IMG/VR virus record: IMGVR_UViG_3300008113_000126
Strand: one strand, 5' to 3'
DNA length: 20,000 bases
Origin: an uncultured virus (IMG/VR IMGVR_UViG_3300008113_000126)
Lineage: Duplodnaviria > Heunggongvirae > Uroviricota > Caudoviricetes
Positions within the stretch are counted from its first letter, which is position 1. Every line of letters starts with the position of its first letter. Below the pieces are notes generated by a model. It was not told the DNA's origin, did no database searches, and saw nothing but the letters and a program-made list of their open reading frames with translations. A program made the translations under genes and the position numbers. This document shows positions 7,226 to 16,043 of this stretch, piece by piece.

Positions 7226-9544
7226 ATGAATACTCACATCATCAGCCAGGACGTTTTTGACAAAATTCGTAGCCGTTTTAGAAATCTTGAAATGGGCGAT
7301 CCTCAAGGAGAAGTTACCGCTAACCCTAAAGAAGCACACTTTTTTGATTTTGATTTTGTAGTTGAAGATAAAAATTTAGGCAGAGTTAGTATAAGCATTA
7401 ATGAAATCGGTTGTTTAAAAGTATTTTACAGTCAAAATATTTTAGAAGATGCTGACGATTTTACAAAAGATATTTGGTATGACTTCTTAAGAGAAATGAG
7501 AATGTTTGCTAAACGTAGACTTTTACGATTTGACACACGAGATATTACCAAGAAAAATCTCGACAAAGATGATTTTCAACACTTGGCATCATCTAGTATA
7601 GGAAATATGGATATGAATGAATCGATTAAATTTGAAGGAACTAAAAAGACAAGTAGACGAGTTTTAGAAAAAACTACCCTTGTTGTTCGACATAAAAATA
7701 GCATCGAAAATGAACAAGCAGGTGCTAGAAGTCGACGAAATAATATTAAAGCATTGTTTATTGAAAATTCTGAAGGCGAACGTTTCAAATATCCTTTTAT
7801 TCATGTAGCAGGAGCAAAGGCAATGCAACGGCATGTTGCCAACGGTGGACGCCCATATGATGAGTTTGGCAATGCTATCATAAGAATGAGTGAGCAGATC
7901 AGCCAGCTTTCAGAATTTAAACGCAAAGTGAGTCATGATAATCTAAATCAATCAGTTAACGAAATTACAAACAGAGCTAATACAAAATTAGAATCTCTCC
8001 GTAGACAAGTTGAAGGATTAGGCGGACAAAACTACTACGAAAAGTGGAAAGAAGGTTTTGTTCCGAATGCCGGATCAGATCTAGTTATGGACCAAGCTAC
8101 TCTCGAAGACTATAAACATAAATTTACAGTTTCAAGTTTTAAAGAAGAATTAGCACAATATTTTCCTTTAATTCACAGTATTATGCAAGAAGCAAATACT
8201 GTAGATTTAGAAGATGTTGTAAGCGAGGGCAATGAAGCCGAGCAGTGTGATGTATGTGATCGTCCAAAAGATGATTGTGTATGTGACGATGTTAAAGAAC
8301 ATGCAAGTTTTAGAGATTTTGTAGAGTGGGCAAATAGAGTAGAAGAAGGCAAATTAGGCATGGATCAACTTGGGGATCTACATGACCTGTTAGAAAAAGG
8401 ATTACCTTTAGGTGTAGACGGAGTAAGCGCCATTGAAGCACTAGAAGGCATCGGCATACACGATGAAGAACTATTTGCAAAACTTGAAGCAATGGCTGAT
8501 CCTGAACAAGGCGGCAATCCGGAAACAGATGTAAAAGACACAGTGTTATCTTGGTTAAGTGCAAGCGATCCGGAAGCGGCACAAGAATTTGGATATGAAC
8601 CAACTGATGAAAGCAATGAAGAAGAGATGAAAGAAGTAGCATCTCCTAGGGTTATTGCAGAATTGGTTTATTCTATGTATAACAAAAACCATAAAGAAGA
8701 AAATTTAGGACCGTTCCCTAAAGGAAAACACGGTGTATTAACCGCTGTAAAAAAACAGTTTGGAGATGAAGGTATGAAAATGGCAGAAGTATTGGTCAAC
8801 TATTTAGACCCACAAGAAAATGAAGGTATGTCCGGTGCGGCATTAGGTGGAGTTGCCGGAGCTATAGCAACCAAAACACCAGGTGGCGCAATGGCTGGTG
8901 CTGATATCGGAAGTGCAATCCAAGACAAATTGGGAGAAGCTGTAGAAGACCGAACATCTTATAAAGTAGCAAAATTTTTATTCGATAAAGGGTTGAGATA
9001 TAATCCTCAAAATGAAAAACAGATCATTAATAAAATGGATGATGCAATGATTGCTATGAATATGCCTGCAAAAACTATTCAGTATCTATTAAGACACGAC
9101 GAAGATTTTATCGGAGACACACTAGGCGAACTCCGACACATGGAAGATGCAGTAGCCGAGTTAGCCATGGCTTCGGTCGCGGCAGAGGGTATCAAAGATA
9201 TTGCCAAAAAAGTAGGCGGCGCAGTTAAAGCTGGTGCTAAAGCAGTTGGTAAGGCCATTGTTGGCCCAGATGACGAAGAATTGCTACAGAGATTAGAAAA
9301 AGAAACTGGTGGGAAACGTCCAAATGCTTACAATAAGCCAAAGAATGAAGCCACTGACGACAAAAAGTTTGATCCATTAAAACATATTAAAAATCCTACC
9401 CAGGGAGAAAAAGACGCTGCCAAAGATGTCAAACGTGGAAGTTATTCGGATCGTGCCGCAATGTTAAAATCAGCAGAAACTGACGGCAGATTAAAAAATG
9501 AAGACGTTAATATTATTTTAAAATTAGCCGGTTTGGCAAAATAA
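7226..9544 (+). CDS. Large hypothetical late protein: globular N-terminal part plus acidic modular C-terminal tail (candidate head protein)
   Basis: 772 aa, behind a late promoter. The C-terminal half is a string of short segments (Cys cluster, glycine zipper, Lys/Ala helix) ending IILKLAGLAK. Confidence 0.7.
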   Translation: MNTHIISQDVFDKIRSRFRNLEMGDPQGEVTANPKEAHFFDFDFVVEDKNLGRVSISINEIGCLKVFYSQNILEDADDFTKDIWYDFLREMRMFAKRRLLRFDTRDITKKNLDKDDFQHLASSSIGNMDMNESIKFEGTKKTSRRVLEKTTLVVRHKNSIENEQAGARSRRNNIKALFIENSEGERFKYPFIHVAGAKAMQRHVANGGRPYDEFGNAIIRMSEQISQLSEFKRKVSHDNLNQSVNEITNRANTKLESLRRQVEGLGGQNYYEKWKEGFVPNAGSDLVMDQATLEDYKHKFTVSSFKEELAQYFPLIHSIMQEANTVDLEDVVSEGNEAEQCDVCDRPKDDCVCDDVKEHASFRDFVEWANRVEEGKLGMDQLGDLHDLLEKGLPLGVDGVSAIEALEGIGIHDEELFAKLEAMADPEQGGNPETDVKDTVLSWLSASDPEAAQEFGYEPTDESNEEEMKEVASPRVIAELVYSMYNKNHKEENLGPFPKGKHGVLTAVKKQFGDEGMKMAEVLVNYLDPQENEGMSGAALGGVAGAIATKTPGGAMAGADIGSAIQDKLGEAVEDRTSYKVAKFLFDKGLRYNPQNEKQIINKMDDAMIAMNMPAKTIQYLLRHDEDFIGDTLGELRHMEDAVAELAMASVAAEGIKDIAKKVGGAVKAGAKAVGKAIVGPDDEELLQRLEKETGGKRPNAYNKPKNEATDDKKFDPLKHIKNPTQGEKDAAKDVKRGSYSDRAAMLKSAETDGRLKNEDVNIILKLAGLAK

Positions 9545-9567
9545 ACCTATTTCAGTAACCATTTAGG

Positions 9568-9596
9568 TTGCGATGATAAATAGATGTGTGTATACT
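9568..9596 (+). promoter_or_regulatory. Sigma70-type promoter (TTGCGA-17-TATACT) with a late ATAAATA (9576-9582) nested in its spacer
   Basis: -35 at 9568-9573, -10 at 9591-9596, 17-bp spacer; upstream of the replication operon. Confidence 0.75.
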
Positions 9597-9623
9597 TAAT
9601 CGTATGCACACATTTTTCTTTTT
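9584..9623 (+). terminator. Terminator-like stem-loop plus U-tract overlapping the -10 box
   Basis: ATGTGTGTATAC-ttaatc-GTATGCACACAT (12-bp stem, one G-U pair) followed by TTTTCTTTTT, 40 nt after the stop of the 772-aa gene. Confidence 0.6.
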
Positions 9624-9680
9624 AGTCAGTTGGCTTTAAAGAAGAGGCATAATATAAAACATTTATTAAGGAAAAACATT

Positions 9681-10661
9681 ATGGCAACTTTAGCAGAAAT
9701 CCGCGCAAAACTTCAAGCATCATCTCAACAAAACACCGGCAGCGCAAGCGGTGGAGACAACGCAATTTATCCCCATTGGAACATTCAAGAAGGCACTAGT
9801 GCAACAGTACGATTCCTTCCAGATGGCGATCCAAATAACACTTTTTTCTGGATCGAACGTGCAATGATCAAATTGCCATTCGCTGGCATTAAAGGTGAAA
9901 CAAATTCCAAACCCGTTACTGTACAAGTTCCTTGTATGGAAATGTGGGGCGAAACTTGTCCAGTTCTTACTGAAGTGCGTCCTTGGTTTAAGGATAAGTC
10001 TTTGGAAGATATGGGTCGTAAGTACTGGAAGAAAAAGTCATACCTGTTCCAAGGCTTTGTTGTTGACAGCAAGCTTCAAGAAGAAGGTAAAACTCCAGAA
10101 AATCCAATCCGTAGATTCATTATTGGTAGCCAAATTTTTAACATTGTTAAGAATGCGCTGTTGGATCCTGAGATCGAAGAAACACCAACAGACTATGTCC
10201 GTGGTTTAGACTTTAAGATCACAAAAACAAGTAAAGGTGGTTATGCTGACTACAGTACTTCTAACTGGGCTCGTCGTGAGCGTTCGTTAGGTGCTGAAGA
10301 AGCAGCCGCGATTGAACAGTATGGATTGTTTAGTCTAAAAGACTTCCTGCCTAAAAAGCCAGGCGAAGTTGAACTCAAAGTTATTGCAGAAATGTTTGCG
10401 GCATCAGTAGACGGCGAAGCATATGATCCAGAACGTTGGGGACAATATTTCAAGCCAGCAGGCTTTAATTCTGGTAATTCTAATGCATCGTCAGAAAGCA
10501 AATCTGCTCCAGCAAAAGCTGTTAGCAAGCCCGTAGAAACTGATGCTGAAGAAGATGCTCCGTTTGACACAACTCCTGCAGAGGCTGCACCAGCAACTTC
10601 TGAAGCAAGTGGACGTGCGGCAGACATCCTTGCGATGATTCGTAACCGTCAAAAATCTTAA
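9681..10661 (+). CDS. Single-stranded DNA-binding protein (T4 gp32-like)
   Basis: VRFLPD, C-x(7)-CPV, GSQIFNIV, GLDFKITK..KGGYADYSTS and an acidic/Ala-rich tail; ATG 9681 with SD AAGGA at 9668-9672. Confidence 0.9.
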   Translation: MATLAEIRAKLQASSQQNTGSASGGDNAIYPHWNIQEGTSATVRFLPDGDPNNTFFWIERAMIKLPFAGIKGETNSKPVTVQVPCMEMWGETCPVLTEVRPWFKDKSLEDMGRKYWKKKSYLFQGFVVDSKLQEEGKTPENPIRRFIIGSQIFNIVKNALLDPEIEETPTDYVRGLDFKITKTSKGGYADYSTSNWARRERSLGAEEAAAIEQYGLFSLKDFLPKKPGEVELKVIAEMFAASVDGEAYDPERWGQYFKPAGFNSGNSNASSESKSAPAKAVSKPVETDAEEDAPFDTTPAEAAPATSEASGRAADILAMIRNRQKS

Positions 10662-10674
10662 TTAGGAGATAGAC

Positions 10675-11736
10675 ATGGGAAAGGCCTTCGATATTTCGAA
10701 GTTCCGCAAGTCTATCACTAAAAGTATTGATGGCTTGGGAATTGGTTTCAATGATCCAACAGACTGGATCAGCACTGGCAACTATGCCCTTAACTATCTT
10801 ATCTCAGGGGACTTCTTTAAGGGAGTTCCCCTTGGTAAGGTAACGGTATTTGCTGGAGAATCTGGTGCAGGTAAATCATATATCTGTTCCGGTAACATTA
10901 TTAAAGCCGCACAAGAACAAGGAATTTTTGTTGTACTAGTTGACAGCGAAAACGCCCTTGATAAGGCATGGCTTGAAGCATTAGGTGTTGATATTTCAGA
11001 AGAAAAACTTTTGAAACTTAACATGGCTATGATCGACGACGTGGCAAAAACCATTTCAGAATTCATGAAAGAATATAAATCAATGCCGCAGGAAGAACGT
11101 CCTAAAGTATTGTTTGTAATCGATTCACTTGGCATGTTGCTTACTCCAACTGACGTTAATCAGTTCGAAGCAGGTGAAATGAAAGGTGACATGGGTCGTA
11201 AACCTAAAGCACTTACATCACTTGTTCGCAACTGTGTGAATATGTTCGGCTCTTACAACGTAGGTATGGTCTGTACAAATCACACATACGCAAGCCAGGA
11301 TATGTTTGATCCAGATGACAAAATTTCAGGCGGTCAAGGCTTCATTTACGCAAGTTCAATTGTTGTTGCAATGCGTAAACTTAAACTTAAGACAGATGAA
11401 AACGGTAACAAGGTAACAGATGTTCTAGGTATTCGTTCTGCATGTAAAATCATGAAGACACGTTATGCTAAACCATTTGAAAGTGTACAAGTTGAAATTC
11501 CATATTCAACAGGTATGGCTCCGAGCTCCGGTTTAGTTGACATGTTCGAGAAAATGGGTGTATTATCTAAAGTCGGAAATAAATTAGCCTATACTAGTAA
11601 AGATAGTGGCGAAATTATTGCAGAGTTCAGAAAAAACTGGACTGAAGATAAATTAAAGTTAATTATGAACGAGTGGGACAGTAGTTCTGTACCAGCGATC
11701 ACAACCATTGACGAATCGGAGGAAGCTAATGGATGA
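10675..11736 (+). CDS. uvsX: RecA-like recombinase UvsX
   Basis: ISTGNYALN, Walker A GESGAGKS, VDSENA, Walker B VIDSLG, DMGRKPK, TNHTY, SGGQG; SD AGGAG at 10664-10668. Confidence 0.93.
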   Translation: MGKAFDISKFRKSITKSIDGLGIGFNDPTDWISTGNYALNYLISGDFFKGVPLGKVTVFAGESGAGKSYICSGNIIKAAQEQGIFVVLVDSENALDKAWLEALGVDISEEKLLKLNMAMIDDVAKTISEFMKEYKSMPQEERPKVLFVIDSLGMLLTPTDVNQFEAGEMKGDMGRKPKALTSLVRNCVNMFGSYNVGMVCTNHTYASQDMFDPDDKISGGQGFIYASSIVVAMRKLKLKTDENGNKVTDVLGIRSACKIMKTRYAKPFESVQVEIPYSTGMAPSSGLVDMFEKMGVLSKVGNKLAYTSKDSGEIIAEFRKNWTEDKLKLIMNEWDSSSVPAITTIDESEEANG

Positions 11737-11974
11737 AAGTTTAGTAATGGAAGTATGGGATACATTTCGTGAATATATCCCAGACAAGCACAAAGAAATG
11801 GCAGCTAATCAATATGTCGATTTCTTGCTGGGTAAAGATATTAGCGCGGAATCCCTCGAAGGATTCATGGGCTACGATCCATATCTTGATGATGCAATTA
11901 AAACCATAGTCGAAGAATTCAAGGAATTGGACGAAGATACTGAAGATGACGATTACTACGAAGATGAGGAGTAA
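11729..11974 (+). CDS. Small acidic hypothetical protein
   Basis: ATG 11729 with SD GGAGG (11718-11722); 81 aa ending in a D/E-rich tail. Confidence 0.75.
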   Translation: MDESLVMEVWDTFREYIPDKHKEMAANQYVDFLLGKDISAESLEGFMGYDPYLDDAIKTIVEEFKELDEDTEDDDYYEDEE

Positions 11975-11976
11975 TT

Positions 11977-12435
11977 GTGTCACAATGGTATGCCAAGGTT
12001 AGCAAAGATATTTCATTTTTGCCTGCTTGTATTGACTATTTCTATGCCGAACTAGGGCAAGCCAGAGCTGAAGTTAAAATCTATGGTAACATAGAAAAAG
12101 CCAGTTCTGCTTTGCCTGGTGTAGTTGAACAACGTTTCAATAATCTTCAAGAAATTGAAGCTATCCTTGAATACCTTAACATTGAACTTCGACGTTTGAG
12201 GTCAAAATGCTTTAAGAAATACCTAGAAAACTATCAGAGAGCGTTAAGTTCCAGAGATGTTGAAAAATACGTCGATGGAGAACCTGATGTAGTTGATATG
12301 GAAAAAATTATCAACGAATTTGCGCTATTAAGAAATCAGTGGTTAGGAGTTATTAAAGGTTTAGACATCAAACAATGGCAATTGAGTAATATTATAAAGT
12401 TAAGAACTGCGGGCCTAGAGGACGCATCACTTTAA
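11977..12435 (+). CDS. uvsY: Recombination mediator UvsY-like
   Basis: 152-aa coiled-coil protein with DVEKYVDGEPD and IKGLDIKQWQLSNIIKLRTAG C-terminus typical of UvsY; GTG start with SD GAGGAG; context uvsX/uvsW. Confidence 0.75.
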   Translation: MSQWYAKVSKDISFLPACIDYFYAELGQARAEVKIYGNIEKASSALPGVVEQRFNNLQEIEAILEYLNIELRRLRSKCFKKYLENYQRALSSRDVEKYVDGEPDVVDMEKIINEFALLRNQWLGVIKGLDIKQWQLSNIIKLRTAGLEDASL

Positions 12436-12444
12436 TGGATTGTT

Positions 12445-13662
12445 ATGTTTATAGAAGACCTTATTCAACGACTAGCAGGTGACGGACAATGGCTCTTTAC
12501 TGAGCCTGTTATACCTCTGCATCATCTAGACTCAAGCATAGTACATAGTCTATCTATGCAAACTGTGACTGGTTACGGTTTTACTGAAAAACAGGCCAGT
12601 TTGGCATTAAAACTAATCAAAAAATACCAAAATTCTCTCAATTCTGCCTTAAAAACTAACATTTCTGACTCTATTGATAATCCCCAGTATAAACTACCTA
12701 TTCGTGTATTATCGAATAATAGAACAATTACCATAAGGAAGAAAGAATTCATTAATCAACAGGTAATTTCTGTAAGTTTTCCCTATGATGACGGATTAAT
12801 ACAGCTAATACGTGGGTACAAAGAATCCTTTAGTAAAGAGTCCTCTAACAATCAAACTGTAAACTGGAATCCTGACTTAAAATCATGGGATTTTAATTTA
12901 CGTGAGGAACATATTGCATGGGTAGCTTCAAATCTTATGAATTCCTCATTTCATACAGATGAAAAATTTTTAGATTTGTTGGCCCAGGTACGTGAAATTG
13001 AACAATCAATTGAAAAATATGTACCTATGGTAAATTTTGAAGAAAATAAATTTATTTTTACTAATGTTCCTAAAAATGTTCCGCAACCTGATAGCCTTGA
13101 TGTAGTAGAAGTATTAATGCAGGCTAAAAAATACGGAATAAATTTGTGGGCCGACGAAATTGGAGAAGTTTTAGATAATATTGATATTACTCCAGTTACA
13201 AAAAAATGTATTACTACACCGTTTGGTAAAGATATCGAAATTGATGGGAAAGAAGTTGAATTTAGTGATCTTTTAAACACACTAGGCTATAATTCTCCCA
13301 CGTTGATTGTAATCCCCGGGGGAATGGAGTTAAAATATTTGAGATATTGCATTAGAACTCTAATGAAATACGGTGTATCAACTGAAGAGATGAGTGTGTT
13401 ATTTAGATTAGATGGTCATACAGGAAAAACAGCCAATGAAATCATTAAAGATTCAAAGGTTAACAATCCTATTTCTGAAAAAATTAAATTTTTCTTTGTT
13501 TCGGGTAGAATACCCAAGCCATTAATCGAATCGAAGATTGAAGTTTTGTCAGTTCTTAATTTTGGTTTAAGTGGTGTTCATTATACATTGTCAAATTACC
13601 TAAAAAATCACCATTTTGTCGTAAATTATAAAATTAAGGAATCAGACTTTGCCGTCCTGTAA
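12445..13662 (+). CDS. Hypothetical protein with HARP-like motif
   Basis: 405-aa ORF; segment ISVSFPYDDGLIQLIR...WNPDLKSWDF resembles the HARP pattern; overlaps the uvsW start. Confidence 0.6.
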   Translation: MFIEDLIQRLAGDGQWLFTEPVIPLHHLDSSIVHSLSMQTVTGYGFTEKQASLALKLIKKYQNSLNSALKTNISDSIDNPQYKLPIRVLSNNRTITIRKKEFINQQVISVSFPYDDGLIQLIRGYKESFSKESSNNQTVNWNPDLKSWDFNLREEHIAWVASNLMNSSFHTDEKFLDLLAQVREIEQSIEKYVPMVNFEENKFIFTNVPKNVPQPDSLDVVEVLMQAKKYGINLWADEIGEVLDNIDITPVTKKCITTPFGKDIEIDGKEVEFSDLLNTLGYNSPTLIVIPGGMELKYLRYCIRTLMKYGVSTEEMSVLFRLDGHTGKTANEIIKDSKVNNPISEKIKFFFVSGRIPKPLIESKIEVLSVLNFGLSGVHYTLSNYLKNHHFVVNYKIKESDFAVL

Positions 13663-15100
13663 AATTATTATTAAAGACGAAGTTAACGTTAAGATAGAAA
13701 ATTTAGATCTTGACACACGTAAGGCGCTGGTCAAGAAATTTAAGTACGAAGACCCCACTGCAAGGTATCGTCCTGCCTATAAATTAGGGAGATGGGACGG
13801 TACTGTTTCATATTTTGGTCTAGGAGGAACAACCTACCTCAGTATGTTAGAGCAGGTCCTAGAAATTTTAGCCAATCGAAACTATCACATCGAATACGAA
13901 GATCGTAGGACTGCACCAGCCTTGGAATTTTCTGAAATTTCTGAGGATTTTTGGGGTGAAAAATGCTGGCCCAAAGGCCATAGGTTTGAAGACCAGCCTA
14001 TTCGTTTGAGAGACGATCAAGTTGAAGTTGTTAATAATTTTCTAAAGAATCCGCAAGCATTGCAAGAAGTTGCAACTGGCGCAGGTAAAACTATTATGAC
14101 CGCAACTTTGGCAAAAATTGTGGAAAAATATGGCCGAAGTATTGTTATTGTTCCTAACAAAAGTTTAGTTGAACAAACAGAAGAAGATTTTATCAATGTT
14201 GGATTAGACGTTGGTGTTTATTACGGCGATAGAAAAGACATAGGAAAAACACACACTATTGCAACTTGGCAAAGTCTCAATATTTTAGACAAAAAATCCA
14301 AAAATGACGAAGAACTGTTAAGTCTAGCTGAATTTCTTGACGGAGTAAATTGTGTCATTGTTGACGAAGTTCATATGGCTAAAGCGGAAGTCTTAAAAAC
14401 GTTGCTTACTCATAATCTTTCAAACGCACCTATACGTTGGGGATTAACTGGGACTGTTCCAAAAGCTGATTTTGAGTTTCAGAGTTTACGTGCAAGTCTT
14501 GGCGAAGTAGTTGGTAGAGTAACTGCAAATGAGTTACAAGAAAAAGGAATCTTAAGTCAGTGTCATGTTAATGTTATACAGACAGCCGAATGGAAAGAAT
14601 TTTCAAGTTACCCCGAAGAATTAAAATATTTGGTTACTGATTCTACACGTATGGAATGGATATCTAGTTTAATTACAGAAATTGCATTAACTGGCAATAC
14701 ATTAGTGTTAGTTGACCGGATTGAGTCTGGTAATTTTCTTATCGAAGGTCATCAGGATAGAGTGTTTATTTCAGGCAAAGTAAAAACTAAAGATAGAAAA
14801 GACGAGTATGACGAAATTAAAACAAGTGACAATAAGACTATTGTGGCGACTTATGGTGTGGCCGCTGTGGGTATTAATATTCCTAGGATCTTTAATCTGG
14901 TTCTTCTGGAACCCGGAAAGAGCTTTACAAGGGTTATACAATCTATTGGAAGAGGTATTAGGAAAGCCGAGGACAAAGACTTCGTCCAAATTTGGGACTT
15001 GACAGCATCAACAAAATATGCTAAAAAACACTTAACGGAAAGAAAAAAATTCTACAAAGAAGCACAGTATCCGTTTACAATAGAAAAGGTAAAATATTAA
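13649..15100 (+). CDS. uvsW: SF2 DNA helicase UvsW-like
   Basis: Q motif LRDDQ, Walker A ATGAGKT, DEVH, GLTGT, motif VI QSIGRGIR, N-terminal WDG motif; TTG start with SD AAGGA (13636-13640). Confidence 0.9.
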   Translation: MPSCKIIIKDEVNVKIENLDLDTRKALVKKFKYEDPTARYRPAYKLGRWDGTVSYFGLGGTTYLSMLEQVLEILANRNYHIEYEDRRTAPALEFSEISEDFWGEKCWPKGHRFEDQPIRLRDDQVEVVNNFLKNPQALQEVATGAGKTIMTATLAKIVEKYGRSIVIVPNKSLVEQTEEDFINVGLDVGVYYGDRKDIGKTHTIATWQSLNILDKKSKNDEELLSLAEFLDGVNCVIVDEVHMAKAEVLKTLLTHNLSNAPIRWGLTGTVPKADFEFQSLRASLGEVVGRVTANELQEKGILSQCHVNVIQTAEWKEFSSYPEELKYLVTDSTRMEWISSLITEIALTGNTLVLVDRIESGNFLIEGHQDRVFISGKVKTKDRKDEYDEIKTSDNKTIVATYGVAAVGINIPRIFNLVLLEPGKSFTRVIQSIGRGIRKAEDKDFVQIWDLTASTKYAKKHLTERKKFYKEAQYPFTIEKVKY

Positions 15101-15102
15101 TA

Positions 15103-15606
15103 ATGCAAATTTTAACGTTAGATAACAAGACGTTCTATCTCAACGATCTTCCAGAAGAAATTGAAGACGATGTAAGGTTCGCGGTACTAGATAATAGTGA
15201 CAATCAAAATCCAGACTACTTCTATATCCCATTGATTTTTTTAGAAAGTTTTACAGGTCCAGCAGTCGTATTACGAATAGGAAAACACGAACTTACAATG
15301 CCATTAGATTGGTGTACTATCGTTGGAGATCCAGAAGGTCCAGATATGGAAGTATTACCGATTACCAGTCTTAATGACAGAGGTTTTAGAACTTTTTGTT
15401 TTAATCCATTAAGTGGATTCCGACCAGAGTTTCACGACATTGATATTATAAATGTATATCAAGATGTAAAATGGTATTTTCCTAAAATGAAACCAGGACA
15501 ACTTTTATGTACACCATTAGAAGGGGGAGAAAAACCTCTGTGTGCTTATTTTGTTAAAGAAGTAAGTCGTCAATGTGAAATTGTTGATTATACCAAATGT
15601 TGGTAA
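15103..15606 (+). CDS. Hypothetical protein, possible degenerate Hint-fold domain
   Basis: 167-aa beta-rich ORF whose strand pattern parallels intein blocks but lacks the catalytic residues. Confidence 0.6.
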   Translation: MQILTLDNKTFYLNDLPEEIEDDVRFAVLDNSDNQNPDYFYIPLIFLESFTGPAVVLRIGKHELTMPLDWCTIVGDPEGPDMEVLPITSLNDRGFRTFCFNPLSGFRPEFHDIDIINVYQDVKWYFPKMKPGQLLCTPLEGGEKPLCAYFVKEVSRQCEIVDYTKCW

Positions 15607-15607
15607 A

Positions 15608-15862
15608 ATGGGAAATTTAAGACCAAACGAGCAGATTACATATTCAACCGAAGGCAACACTACCTACGGGTATTATCAAGACGGCGAACGATTTGTAATT
15701 GGTTATAATTTACCTAAACGCAGAGATCCGTTAGACATCAAACATAATATGGACTTATGGATTGATATATTAGATGCCGGCGGAGAAAATCATACTTTAC
15801 AACAGGCAATTGATCGTGTTAAACTGTTGTATTACTTGACCAAGGAGACAGCAAATGGATGA
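15608..15862 (+). CDS. Hypothetical protein
   Basis: ATG 15608 follows the previous stop by 1 nt; 84 aa. Confidence 0.65.
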   Translation: MGNLRPNEQITYSTEGNTTYGYYQDGERFVIGYNLPKRRDPLDIKHNMDLWIDILDAGGENHTLQQAIDRVKLLYYLTKETANG

Positions 15863-16043
15863 AGAAATTTTAGATGGTCGTGAATCAGTACCAATTGACT
15901 TGCCGAAAGAAGAGTTGTTTCAGCTTATGTTAAGGGCGCATGAAAAAGATGTAACTCTTAATCAATTAGTTGAAAGTATTCTTCGAGAGCTTATTGAAAG
16001 GGCAGAAAATGAGTCACGAGCAGGACAAATTCAATCACAGTAA
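15855..16043 (+). CDS. Small ribbon-helix-helix-like DNA-binding protein
   Basis: VPIDLPKEELFQLMLRAHEKDVTLNQLVESIL fits the RHH (Arc/CopG/HicB-C) pattern; SD AAGGAG at 15842-15847. Confidence 0.6.
   Translation: MDEEILDGRESVPIDLPKEELFQLMLRAHEKDVTLNQLVESILRELIERAENESRAGQIQSQ

Noticed and set aside
8246..8290. Short DNA repeat GTATGTGA in the 772-aa gene
   Set aside because: Explained by the CDVCD...CVCD peptide; too short to be an independent repeat element.
15581..15609. Possible sigma70 promoter TTGTTG-17-TAAAAT
   Set aside because: Weak -35, and the -10 overlaps the ATG of the next gene; plausible by chance in AT-rich DNA.
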